DNA of 63,703 bases, the filler included, from Reclinomonas americana ATCC 50394 (Eukaryota), in the NCBI GenBank assembly GCA_048213135.1. It is 19 parts of 19 records of this genome, joined end to end, with 100 filler letters (N's around TTAATTAATTAA, not from the genome) between each part and the next. Parts side by side here need not be neighbours in the genome. Positions count along the whole stretch, not along the records: positions 40,740 to 50,658 come from AFZH01019984.1; positions 50,759 to 58,803 come from AFZH01019985.1; positions 58,904 to 62,497 come from AFZH01019988.1; 16 more parts are not named here. One strand, written 5' to 3'. Numbering within the stretch: the stretch's first letter is position 1; the number at the start of each line of letters is the position of its first letter. The notes beneath the pieces are model-generated. The model ran no database searches and was not told the origin of the DNA. It worked only from the letters and a program-made list of their open reading frames with translations. The translations under genes and the position numbers were made by a program. Of this stretch, positions 46,315 to 59,531 are shown piece by piece.

Positions 46315-49300
46315 ATGTCTTCCGCTCACGAGGAGGCAACCATCCGACCAATAGACAAGGACTCTATACATCGACTATGCAGCGCGCAAGTTGAGAAAGA
46401 AAGAGAGCAGAAAAGAGCAAAGTCTCGGAGTTTTTCTCAGTCTCTCACTCTCACTCTCACACACACAGGTGATTGTGACACTGCCGATTGCGGTGAAAGA
46501 GCTCGTGGAGAATGCATTAGATGCGGGCGCAACACGAGTTGGTGCGGAGAGAGAGAACTGACTGACTGACTCTCACTCTCTCACACTCACACTCACTCTC
46601 TCTCTCTGTCAGAGATCAAGCTGACCAACTATGGTTTGGATGGCATCGAGGTGCTTGACAATGGAGGTGGAGTCTCCGCAGCCAACTTTGCTGGTCTCAG
46701 TTGCGGAGATTTTCGCATGATCAGTCACTGAGGAAAGGAAGACTCACTGCTCTCTCTCTCCCTCTCTTTCTCTCTCTTCCTGTCCCTTTGTGCGTCTCTG
46801 TCCTCTTGTGTGTTTCCCTCCTCTCCTCCTTTTTCTTCTTCTCCTCGTTCTCCTTGTTCTCCATGTTCTTCTTGTTCTCCTTCTTCTTCTTCTCCTTCTT
46901 CTTCTTCTTCTTCTTCGTCTTCTCCTCCTCCTCCTCCTCCTCACTCCCTCTCTCCCTCCCTTCCCTTTCCCTTCCCTTGTCCTTCCCCTCCCTCCCCCCT
47001 CCTTCCCGCTTGCAGCCGCCAAGCACTGCACCTCCAAGATCCGAGCATTCGAGGACCTGGCCAGCGTCAGCTCGTTTGGATTCCGCGGCGAGGCACTCTC
47101 ATCGCTGTGCGCGCTCTCGTCCTTGTCGGTGGTCACGCGCACCGCCGACGACAGTGTGGCGACGCGATTGGTGTTTGATCACGAGGGTGACATTGTGTCG
47201 CAGACGCCGACTGCGAGAGAGGTGGGTGTCTCTCTCATACGCCCACTTACTTAGTTTTCGTCGTGTTTACGTGACGATGTACAGGTGGGCACGACGGTGC
47301 GGCTGGAGCGCCTGTTTTCGACGCTGCCGGTGCGCTTGCGGGAGCTGTCGAAGAACATCAAGCGCGAGTACATGCGCACTGTGCAGTTGGTGCAGGCGTA
47401 CGCTATTGTGGCCACTGGCGTGCGCATTTCGTTGTGGAACAGCACCGCCAAGGGCGCCAAGACTTGCGTGCTGAGCACCAAGGGGTCGCCAACGCTGCGC
47501 GAGAACATTTGTGAGGTGTTTGGACGCAAGCATGTGCAGTCGTTGCTGCCGGTGGATTTCTCCGCGGCGCATTGGAGGTGTGTTCGCTGCCCTTGCCTCT
47601 CTTTCTTGCTTCCTCTCATGTCATCTTTATCGCACTGACATTCAATTGATTCTTCTCTCTCTCGCCTGTCTCGCTGGCTGTGTCCATTACTTTGCATGAT
47701 CGCTGAGACCCACTGGCTTTTGCCACCTGTCCCCCCCTTCTCCCTTTCCGCAGCGTGAGTGGATTCGTGTCGGACCTCACGTCGTCCGCCGACAGCAAGA
47801 CCTCAACAGAGCGTCAATATTTGTTCCTCAATGGACGTTTCGTGCTGTCTCTTTCACCCCCCGCACGCTCAATCCGTCAGTCAACTCACTCTTGTTTCGC
47901 ACAGGGCCTGTGGAGATGCCACGAATCACCAAAGCGATTCGCGAGTCGTACCGCGCACTGAGTGAGAAGAGACCACCGGTGTTTGTCATTGGTATCCAGG
48001 CGGCGCCAGGTATGCATTTGCACGTGACACTGTCTGCTCCAGCGTTCTCGCTCTCCTCACTCCCACTTTTGTAGCCACCTTTGATGTCAACTTGACGCCC
48101 GACAAGCGTCAAGTTCTGCTGCAAGACGAAGCGCAGCTGGTTGACCTGCTAAAGGTGCAGACTGGCTGCTTGTCGATGCCTCTCTCCCACCCTGCCATCT
48201 GAACCGCATTACTTTTCATGAACAGGAGCACCTCGCCAAGCTGCTGCAGCCATCGCAGCAGTCGTTTGCCGTGCAGGCCTCCATGCACGAGTTCCTCTCG
48301 TCGCAGCAGTCGTCGTTGCAGCGCTCGCAGTCGCAGTCGTCGGCCTCGCAGTCGGTCGCCGATTCAGACAGCACCGACGAGGACGAAGATGAGGATGAGG
48401 ACGAGGGAGAGCCGCCTGTGAGGGAAAAAGCTGTGGAGCAGCGCCAGGACGAGAGTGTGGAGCGAGGAGAACTGCCATCTGAAGAGAAGAAACCGACTCA
48501 CAAGCCGATTGCTGATGTTGACATGTCGTTGTTGCGTCGCACCGTTGCGCTGTCGTCTGCTAAATCTGAGGTGCTCACGCTTCTCTCTTCTTTTTCTTGT
48601 TCGCTTCTCTCTCCCTTGTTTCTCTTCATCTTTCTGGTTTCTTCTTCATTTCTTTTCTTTTCCTCCTCCTCCTTCTTTTCCTCCTTCTCTTTCCTCCCCC
48701 TCCCCCTCCTTCTCTTTCCCTCCACCGCCTAATCCTTCTCTTTCCCTCCTCCTTCTCCTTCTCCTTCATCGTCTCGCAGTATCACGCCTAGCAAGGAGAG
48801 ACCACCAGTCGCGCCCGTACTGCGAGTGCAGTTGCGTTCTTTTTTCACTGACTGCTGCCGGTGTGGAAAGTCACGTACTGGCGTGCTGACATGCAGGAAT
48901 TTGCTGAGTTTCGCTTCGAATCGCTCTCCCGTAACCGCATCGACCTTGACGTCACCACCGGCGCTTGGTGTTGCGTGTGCACAGCCCCGCTCTCAGTTCT
49001 GTGTGCGACAGTCGCTCACCTCCTTTCCGTTTACGATGGCCATCACAGAACCTCAGTTCTCCTCCGCCGGCGCCACGCAAACGAAAGGACCCGCCCGCGA
49101 CTGGCACTGTTCAGATACCCGACTTTTTCCGTCGCGTGGCACAGGTCTGCGTATGTGTGTGTGTGTTTGCATTTAGCTGCATGTTGTAACTCGGGGTGAC
49201 TCACGCACATGTCTGCGCAGAAACAAAATGACGGCGACGATGCCTTGTCGTCAGCGGCGTTGCCTGCTGAACCCAGCAGTCGGGCGGCGGAGCCTGACGA

Positions 49301-50480
49301 AGAGGAAGGAATGGCCGTGGACGACGGTGATGACGACGAGGCGGAGATGACAGATGAGCCGTCGGTGTGTTGTGTGCTGCTCCGTTTGCTCCTCGCAATC
49401 TCTCACTAGGCTGTTTTTTTTCGTGCAGTCGGCCGGCGACATGTCATCACCCTCGCGTCCGCACCACCACGCAGGCGGCGGCGGCGGCGGCTGTTGTGGT
49501 CATTCAGGGGGCGATTTGGTCCACGAGGAAGAAAAGGGTGAGTGGTCTGTTGTACTTGAAAGTGAGCGATTGGAGCCTGAACGCTCGTTCTTGCTCCAGC
49601 TCGCACCACCAGCTATCACGAGCTTGTGGAGATGCCGTCTGCGGCAGATGAAGAGTGTTGCGTCCTGGTGTTGCACGTAGCTAATAGTTCGTGCTCTCCC
49701 TTCTCACTGTCTGCTGTAGTTTGCGCACCACCAACAGGTGCACTGCGCGTCAAGCTGGATCTTGCTGAACTCCGACGTTCCGGCTTGCACACGGGCGAGT
49801 TGGATCAAGTGCGACCCGCGTTTCCGCGACCGGGAGCACGGAGTGCCATGCCTTCGTCGTCAGCGGGAACCGCAACAGCGCCGTTCTTCAGCCACAAGTT
49901 GGCGGTGGATTCGAATGATGCCTGCGAGGAGGAGCTGCGACGAACCATTTCCAAAGATGATTTTAGGTGCACTGGGACTCGCACGTGGCAGAGAGATGAA
50001 CAGAGGGCAAAGAGACCAAGATCATCAAGAGTTATTGCCTGTCAATCGTCCGCTGGCACTCACTCGCCCCGTTTTTCTTTCTCATTTACAGACGTATGCA
50101 CGTTGTCGGCCAGTTTAACCTCGGCTTCATTGTCGCTCGTCTGCACAAGGACCTCTTTATCGTGGACCAGCATGCCACCGACGAGATGTACCGCTTCGAA
50201 ACACTCCAGCGCTCCACGATTATCAACACGCAGCGGCTCATTTCGTTTCGTGCAACTCTTTCTATTGTCAATGTCATTCGCACCTTTTGTGTTGACACTG
50301 CTGATACTAGGCCGCTGCGCATGGAGCTCACCGCAGCAGAGGAGTTGATCATGATGGAGAATCGCGAGATTTTCGAGGCCAATGGTTTTACGCTGGAGAT
50401 CGACGAGAGTGCAGCCGTGGGCCGGCGTGTGCTGGTCACTGCGTTGCCGATGTCCAAGGCGGTCACGTTTGGCAAGGATG
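46315..50480 (+). CDS. PMS2: Mismatch repair endonuclease PMS2 (MutL family), multi-exon, 3' truncated
   Basis: IHRLCSAQV, VKELVENALDAGAT, DNGGG, TSK, SFGFRGEALSSLC, DVNLTPDKR, GQFNLGFI, DQHATDE. Confidence 0.93.
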
Positions 50481-50758
50481 GTACTTGGTTGAGAGAGAGC
50501 TCACTCCGTTTCATGTCCACTCTCTATTGCTTCACTCGCTCTGTCTTCTCTCATCATCCTCCGTCTTTTCAGTTTCCTCGCATTCTCGCTTTCGATCGCA
50601 GAACCAGTCTCAGCATCTTGTTGTCGTCCTCCAACTTCCTCGTTAGTTCTGTCTCTCANNNNNNNNNNNNNNNNNNNNNNNNNNNNNNNNNNNNNNNNNN
50701 NNTTAATTAATTAANNNNNNNNNNNNNNNNNNNNNNNNNNNNNNNNNNNNNNNNNNNN

Positions 50759-53700
50759 ACTGTCAATTGGCGACGGCGTCTGCATGTGCGGGGAGGCAAG
50801 AGCCGAGTTACTAGCCGAGGTGGCGGAGCTGCCGCCGACACCGAGGCCGCTGTGACCGGGTACTGTTGTCCGAACCACCACCGAAGAAATGGAGCCGCCA
50901 GCAGCGGCAGTCGGTCCCAGCCCGCTGGGCGGGGTGGCGGCGGCGGTGGCGGAGGAGGCGCCAGCAGCGGCGGTGTTTGGTCTTGTCGTGGGGAAGCCGG
51001 AGCGGTTGGTGAACGAACCGTCTTGCATGGCTGAGAAGGGATTGCGGCTTGTGGGCATTCCTCGTGAATCCTCCGCCTCCTCCATCAGCATTTCTGGGTG
51101 CGTCACTTCCACAATGCGCTGCAAGTCGCACGTACGAATCGCTTCGAGTGAGTTCACGACGCGCAAGGCACGCGTACGGAGAGCAACAGAAAGACCTTCC
51201 AGTTCTGCGAAATGATACGGGCACGCGTGCGGCGCTCCAGCTCCTCCGTCTCCGCGCCGTCGACATGGGCACTGAGTGCAATCTCGGCCACGTGCCTCCG
51301 AGCAGCTGCACATACACCTTATATAAGAACCGTCCGCGTCACGTGCAGCAACGACACTCGACTCACCGATCTGTGCTTGCCGGCGCACATTGAGGAGCAG
51401 CTCTCGCACATCCGACTGCTCCTCCTCGCCAGTGAGTCGCAGTTGCTCTCCGTCACCGAATCCACGCAGTCCGAGAGCGGCCTGCCCTTCGGGCAAGTCA
51501 TCAAAGGCCACCTCCTCGTTGTAGGTGAGCTCGCTCTGGCGATCGGTTTCGCGTGCCGACACGTGTGACCGAGCACTGCGAGGTCCGGTCGGTCCCGGTG
51601 CCGTTCCCATGCCGACTGGATGGTGAGAAATGGAAGGAAAGTGAGATTAACTGAAAGCAGTGCGAGGCAAAGGTCGACGACGCCCCCACCTTGCACGTGG
51701 TCCAACTCGTCCTTCTTTGCCCGGGCGCGCACCCGCTTGGACAGGGCGTTGGATGCCACGTCCGACACAATGTACACAATGCCGAGCACAAAAACAATGA
51801 ACACCAAGGCGGCAATCCACCATCGCTCGCAAGGCCCCCCAGGCGGTCCCATATACCCTGCGCGCCGTAAAAGTTAGCGACAGGAGGAGGTGAGCAGACA
51901 AAGAAAAAGACAAAAGAACGGCGCACCGAAATCACACTGGCACAGAGAACGTGAGGAACTGGCCGACTGCTCTGAGCTGGTGAACTCGGGACAGTGCTGA
52001 CACTCGCGGCCTCCGTACACTTCCGTGTACGTGTTGCGCGGGCACTCGTTGCAGTAGTGCGCTCGTACACCCGAAATGAAGCCGGGCGGGCACGAAGAAC
52101 AGTACACAGCACCGTAGTACTGCGAGTATAGGCCACTGGCACATGGGAGGCACACGGGCGCGCCACTGCTGGTCATGTTTAGCCCAGGAGGGCACAGCTT
52201 GCACGACGACTGGCCGAGCGTATCCTGGTACTGACCGGGAGGGCACTTCAAGCATTTGCTGCGCGTCGGCGGAGAAGAAGCATTGGGTGAATTCACCAAA
52301 ACAGGCACACGTCGTTGTGAAAAAGGAAACGCAACGTGGCCAGCTTCTTCGGTTGATACTCGCCCTTGGCGCACTTGGTACACACTTTGGCCGACAACGT
52401 AGCAGCGATTGTGCCTGGCGAGCAGCCGAGGCACGGTGAGGTGAACTTGACGACAATGTAGCCAGCCGGACACGCTGCACAAATGCACACACTGTTTGAG
52501 TACACATGCGACAGTAAAAACTTAGTGCGTCCCCTCCGTACACAACTGCAGGAGATGGTCGGGTTGGTCGAGTTGTACGAGGAAATCGGGCAGCTAAAGT
52601 CGTTGCCACTGACATCGACCGTATAATTCACTTTGGCAAAGAACGACGGCACGTTGGTTTTGAACAGGTTTCCCGACAAATTCCTGGCAGAGAGAGAGTT
52701 AGACGAGATGCCGCGGTGCACACTGCGAACCCTCTTGCGATCCTCGCTGCACGCAACAAGTACGTCATCTGCGTCAGGTCGCCCAGCTCGTTGGGAATGA
52801 GACCCGTGAAATCGTTGTCCGACAAGTCACTGTGAACGTTGTCAGATACCGAGGCCGACGTATCACAGATTCAGCATGACGCACAGGTACCACAGGCGGC
52901 TGACTTTCCCAATGGTCTTTGGCAGGGATCCTCGAAGCGAATTGTTTCGGGCGTCCCTGCACCGGTTAACAGATCAGTGAGTACCACAACATCATCAGCA
53001 AACACTGCCGGTCCACGCACCACCAACTGAGACGACGGAAGAAACTGAGGTCCGTCGGCAACAGCCCTTCAATCGGATTACCGGCGGTGTTGCTACACGC
53101 CACGCAATTCGCGATGCACAGTCAGTACTCAGCACACACACACTCTTTCAGTTCGAGCACCATGCACGCAACAGATACACCACTTGATCAAGCAGCGAGT
53201 CCACGGCTCGCAGCGAGAACCGAGGCCGTTCAGCGACCGAGGCCAGCGACAGTGCCGGTGACTCATCCACTGTGCTCGCCGATTTTTTCCCATTTGCCGT
53301 CGATCCCGTCAGCAGATTCAACCGGTTGTTGGCCACGTTTCTGGGATTGTGTGCGTGAGCGCACAGAACGAGCGTGCACACATACCCTCACCCGTACGCA
53401 ACATGTACAGCGCTCCACGAAGGTTTGCGTAGTGCGGGAACTCGCCAGTAAACGTATTGTTGTGCAGATCTCTGTGTCGACGGGAGTCAATTGTGCTCGA
53501 CGCAAGTGCAGACGGGAGAGACGCACAGATACAACATCTTGGGTGCCGAGACGGCAGGCAGCTGTCCTGTGAGCCCGAGACTTGGCGCTGACCTGCGGTG
53601 CGAATGCGCTCAGTCTTGCATTATTCTCTCGGTCGTCGCAAACACAGTGGCACGAAAACGCAACAACTCCAAGAGTGCAGGCGAGACCACATTGAGAATG

Positions 53701-56700
53701 CCGCCCGTTAACTTGATCTTGGACAGCACTCTGCCATGCGGGGGAGAAGCACATGGATGAGAAGACATAACATGGCATGCCGAACGGTCGCAGACGCACA
53801 GATGCGATAAGCTGGAGAGACTTTGGAAGGCAACCGGGAGCGCAGTGTTCATCTTGGGCATGCTTGACAAGAGTCTGTGCGAGGGTGAGCCAGCTGAAAC
53901 GATACAAAGGAGTAAACGAGACGCAACAATACGCGGAGATTGCGAAGCGAGCTAATGCCTGCTGGAAGCGAGCCGCTGAGCGACGTGGATGACGGATTCC
54001 TGCATCAATAATAGTGTGGTAAGCGCAGTTGCGGATTGCATGGACATCCCGCATTGTGTCGCACCAGTAACGCAAGCGTGTGAACTGATTGACTGCCGGA
54101 TCAATCGCTCCGTCCATACTGGAGCTTTGCATGTGCCTGGAGATGATGCACAAGCGAACAACGTCAACAATCAATGGCTCCCACCAGCAGGATGGACACG
54201 AAAGTCGCACGCAACAACTCCAGCAGCGACGTCAAATTCTGCCACGGTTTGAAGTTGCCAGTGAGTGAGAGACCGCTCACATCCAGGTACTCGAGCGAAT
54301 TCAAGAATTCGATGGGGAACATGCTGCCGCGCAGTTTCGTGCCACTGATATCACTGTGAATCAAGAGAAAGAAAAGGGGTGTTAGCGCGCAACGAGGCGA
54401 ACGGTGCGGCGACGCAGACAGAAGCAGAGCACGCAACAAGTGCTCCAGCCCTTTGAAGCCGGAGAGGATTGGCGAGTATGTAGTGTCGCGCAGGCCGACC
54501 AGATCGCTGTGCACACGCACGAAACCCCGGTGAACATCAGCAGATGAGGGTGCGTGAAGCGAGGGAGTGGCAGAGAAAGACGGGAGTGAGAGAGCGTGTG
54601 TACGTGAGTGTGGAAGGAAAACATGATAGTGATTGCCTTGCGCTCCCCCTTCTCCTCCCTCCCAAGACGCAACATGTACGTGAGGCCAGTGGCACCCTCC
54701 AACAGCGTGATGGAGGTCAGAGGATTGTTGCGCATGTCGCTGCGTCTCACAGTCAGCAACGGTGCCGTCATCGCGCGAGTACTCACAGTAGGCTTAATGC
54801 GCAACAGTTCCACCATACTGGTGGCACGACCGGCTTGCAGGAAGGTGGTGAACTTGTTGTTCTTCAGCAGCAGAAAGCGCAACTGCACCGCCGGCTGCAT
54901 GTCGGGAATCACTCCCGCCAGCGAGTTGTCGGAAAGATCGCTGACGGTACGCGAGATATTCAGGATCGAGGGCACACAAGTGACAACCGCAGTGACGTCA
55001 ACGCAACAGATACTTGAGTGCCGGCAAGCCAACAAACGATGGCATTGTGCCCGACAAGGAGTTGCTGGCCAGTGCACTACACACAACGAAGAAATACGGT
55101 AAGAAGCGATTAGTCGATTACACCGACACGCAAACAAACTCAGCCGCACATTGTCTGGCAGGAGGTGAGAGAGACCAGTGGTGTGAGAGTGCCTGTGAAC
55201 TGGTTGGCATGCAGAAGGCTACAAGCATCGGCGATGCGAGTGAGCAGTCGCGATACAGATCTCGTGCACGGAATGGTGCACGCACATGGTTTCCAAAAAG
55301 TCTAAAGCACCAAGCGACGGAATACTGCCCGTAAATGAATTCTCATGCAGAGTCCTGTTCGATGACCAGAGAGAGAGAGAGAGAATGAGCGCTGCGCATG
55401 AAGAAGTATGCCGAGTCGCGTGAATGCGCGCGCAACATTTGGGTCACTGTGTCCAGTTCACGGATGCTGGTGGGCACGCTGCCGGAGAATTTGTTCTTGC
55501 CGAGACCACTGTGTGTCGGTGTGTCGGTGTGTCAGGACAAGCAGTATATCACAAGACAATATGCGGGACACGCACAAATATTGCAGACGAATGAATTTGT
55601 CACTGGTGAACACCGGCAGAGTGCCGCTCAGCACGTTGGACTCGAGGCGTCTGCGATTGAGCGCCCCGTCAGCTGCAGCAGCAAACAGAAGACTCTCGCA
55701 AACCCACGACACAACGCAACAATTCGCGCAAACTCCTCGCAGCACCCGCCTCAATAGGAAAGGTACCATTGAATCGATTGCGCGTCACCACACTGGGACT
55801 CGCGTTGTCAGATGCACAGCGCAGTGGAAACGCACATGCAGGCATGCAAAGAGAGAGAGAGAGACGAAACAGCTCACGCAAGTCTGGACTCGATGCAAAC
55901 TGTGGCAACTGGCCCGACAGCATGTTGCCGACAGCTCGACTGCAGAACAACGATAATGAGAACCATGGCAACCTCCTCGTGCAGAGTCACCGCCCATGGC
56001 AACAACGGCGACGCAACAAGATGCGTAAATTCGGATGCTTCGACAAGTTCTTGTCGCGCTCCCACGTCACAGTGCCGGTGAAATCGTTGAAAGACAAGTC
56101 ACTACACGTACGAACGTCACGTCTCCGCCATCAAGCAAACGCAGCGTCAGCCAGCATGAACGCAACAGATAGTACAGTTGGGCCAAGTCACTGAAGTCGG
56201 GAACCGAGCCTGTCAGTCGATTGTACCCGACGCTCCTGCGCAGAGAGATTTCCGTCAGAAGCAAATCCCCTCACCCACTCCCACACAAGCTCTGACGCAA
56301 CAGGAATTTCAGGAGCATCAGCTGCCCGAGCTGCGTTGGCATTGTGCCCGACAGCAAGTTCCTCTCGAAATTTCTGCACCACACGACACTGTGAGCGTCG
56401 CCACCGTCGACAACACTGTCACACTGCAGTATGCGAAGAACGCAACAAATGAAACACGCTGTTGTTGTAGGCCGTCGGCAGTGACCCGGTGAACCGGTTG
56501 CCGCGAATCGAGCTGTGACGAGAGGACAAGTGGGACGTGTGGCAAATGTATGTGGGTGCAGAAAAAGTACGCAACAAGTATTGGATTGTTCCTAGCGACG
56601 AGGGCAGACTACCAGCCATGAAATTGTTGTCCATGTCGCTACAACAGTGGCACGCACGACAGTGTCAGATAAAGGCAGAGGGTATGGTATGCACAGTCAG

Positions 56701-58758
56701 TAGAAAGGAGAACGCCGACGCAACACATAAACCAGACTGGGAAGGGCGAAAAACGCGGCTACTGGTGGTGCAGTGAAGCGATTTTGTCGACAATCTCTGC
56801 TCTCGTGCGAAGTGAGCGACATTGTCTGTGCACAGCCTGACGCGTAGCAGAGACGCAACAAATAGGTCAGCAATCTCCAATTGCTCATGTCCGGGAAGGC
56901 ACCAGTGAATGAGTTCAGCGACACATCCCTGGAAGGGAGAGCAGAGGTGAACGGCGCTTCACATCGTGACTCTTCTCTGCCAACAATACTCACATTGCCC
57001 TCATCTTGGTGAGCGACGACATGGACGATGGTAGCGTGCCCGACATGCCAGTGTTGCTAATATTCCTGCAGAATGATGGCAAGAACGGGGAGAGTGAGAG
57101 ACGAGAAGAGACTCGACCTCAATCACATAGCGGTGTCTTTCGCAACAAGTACTGGAGAGAGGCCAAATTACCAATCTCTGTCGGGATGGTGCCGGCAAGG
57201 TGCGTGTTCGGCAACGGCGTCTGCGTGAGCTGGATTTGCTCAAGCGACAGAACCTCGAGTAGCGTGAGTTTCTTCAGCTCGGGACTGAGAAAGCCGGACA
57301 GGCCAGTGCGCGATAGATTCCTGCGAGCAAGTGCACAGTGAGAGAGATTGGAAAAAGGGAAACAGGGCGTGTAACAAAATTAGTGTACGCACAGAAACTT
57401 GAGGTTGAGTGAATCGTACACCGACCCCGGAATGTCGCCAGTGACGAGTGGATTGCCGCCAAGTTTTCTGAGCAGAAAAGGTGTGAACAAGAAGGAACAA
57501 AGACGACAAACAGAGTTCACGGCCAGGGTCGCAACAGGTACTGCAGTTTTGAAACTGCCTGGGCACGGTAATTAATGATTCCTGAAAACCTGTTTTCCGA
57601 CAAATCGCTGCGCAAGCAGAACGAACAGGACCATGAGTACAGATACGACATTGCTCCCGACATTCGTGTCGCGGCCACGACGGAACATGTGCAAGAGGTC
57701 GACAAGCTGAAAGATTTGCTGGGGCATTGAACCAAAAAGTTGATTGTTCTGCAACTTGCTGCGCTTGCGAACACGCAAACGAGTGAGGCGCTATGGAAAA
57801 GGGGGATGGAATGCGGTGCAAAACGCAACATGACTTGCAATAACGGCAATTTGGTGTACAGCCACGATGGAATTGTATCGACAAACCGATTCCAACTCAG
57901 GTCACTATCTCACACAGAGACGAGTCAGTGACAAAGAGGAGGCAGAGCAAGAGAGCGAGGCGCAACAGATATTCGAGGGTGGTGATGTTCTGGATAGCCG
58001 GAGGAAGGGGGCCACTCAGTCGATTCCGTCCAAGATCGCTGCGCGAGCAGCCGAGTGAATAAAACGCATGTAAATCACTCACACCGAAGATACTGTCAGA
58101 AGACGCAACAGGTAGGTGAGTTGCGAGCCGATCTGTGAAAAGAATGTCGGAGAGACAAAGTTGGTGACCGTGGAGCCAACAGTCTTCGTGGAGGAGGTAA
58201 AAGAGTTGCCGCCAAGTGCTCTGCGCGCGACAAGGAACAGAATAAGACACATACGCGGGCGTCTTCGGCACGCAGCACACGCAACAGGTGCGTCAAGTTG
58301 GCGGACGGCTTGGGACCCGCCTTCAGTTCGCCCGTCAGCTGGTTGTTCGCCAAGTCGCTGCACGGAGAGAGAGAGAGAGTCAGGTGCGACGACACCTGGC
58401 AGACGGAGATCGTCGACCATCGCACGCAACATGTAGCTGCAAAATTCGTAGAGTTGGTATGGAACCTCGCCAAAGAAGTTGTTTCCGCGCAAATTCCTGC
58501 CGCGGCAGCACAAGTAAGGCGATGCGATGGCGGCAAACTGCCGTACGGGTGAATGGAATCACGCAACAGAGTGATGAGGCCATTCATATCGCGGAGTGCG
58601 TTGGGCAGGCGACAGTTGATATTATTGTCTGGCATGTTGCTGTGCGCGGAACCCGTGAGAGACTTGAGACACATGGTGATCGGTTGGCAGCGACAACGCA
58701 ACATGCTGGTCACGAATCCGGTCTTGTTGCACGTGATGCCATACCAACTGCACGGGTT
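50759..58758 (-). CDS. Large single-pass receptor: LRRNT cap, about 44 plant-type LRRs, C-cap, Cys-rich (GCC2/GCC3-like) repeats, TM helix, cytoplasmic tail; both ends in gaps
   Basis: NPCSWYGITC cap (58703-58758); 40 LRR exons xDLSxNxLxGxxP (52546-58640); CPPGQYQ/CxxCxxG repeats (51930-52480); TM WWIAALVFIVFVLGIVYIV (~51765-51822). Confidence 0.88.
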
Positions 58759-59531
58759 CTACGCGAGCACCCCCGCCAGCAAGCAAGCGTAAGCGACGAC
58801 AGCNNNNNNNNNNNNNNNNNNNNNNNNNNNNNNNNNNNNNNNNNNNNTTAATTAATTAANNNNNNNNNNNNNNNNNNNNNNNNNNNNNNNNNNNNNNNNN
58901 NNNTTGAGGAGGAGGAGAGGAGGCGGCGACGGAGATGGAGGAGGAGTCGCTGTGAGAGGAGGAGGCGGTGGACATGGTGATCACGCGACGGAGAGATGAA
59001 GGCAAAGGGATGTCCTGAAGAGTGACTTCGGAGACAAATCTCTTGACCTTGGCACACCAACAGTGTACAAACATTATTGCTCTTCTCCAACTTTACTAAT
59101 CCAAACAGCAACACAGCTGCATGCTCAGACCACAAAATACTGCCCGCGGCCGCTGCGATTTCTTGCAGTTGCACTTCGACCTCATACGTACTACGCTGCG
59201 TGCAACGCCAAGCGTCAAGCACGCGACAAGCATGAAAAGAATCGAGGATAAGAGTATGCCAGTTGAAGAACTGGTCGGGGTTTCGTTGCAGTTGCGATCG
59301 CGACTTCAGAAGCAGGTACCTAGGTGGTCTCTCGCAGCTGCGCAGAATGGAGGGTGGTGATGGCTGTCCCTTGGCTCGCGGTTGTCGATTGCAGAGCGGT
59401 GATGGCGGGCTCATGCGAACAGACCATTTTTTGCTGGCGGGTTCGGGCACTTCAAATTGCGAATGTTCGAAGCGCGATTTCCGGCAACTCTATGACAGGT
59501 TTTTTTTTTCTCCCCAAGCCGCTGAGCGAGG

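Noticed and set aside
51200..51330. Cys-rich stretch CMCSC..CTQCPC..CPYH in ORF 50711-51610
   Set aside because: A better-supported splice model reads this exon in another frame, so it is probably not translated.
52546..58702. Reading GTTGCG donors as non-canonical TT-AG introns with the G exonic
   Set aside because: The frame is kept only if the intron starts at GT, and the split codons then read sensibly (Leu, Phe, Ile, Trp).
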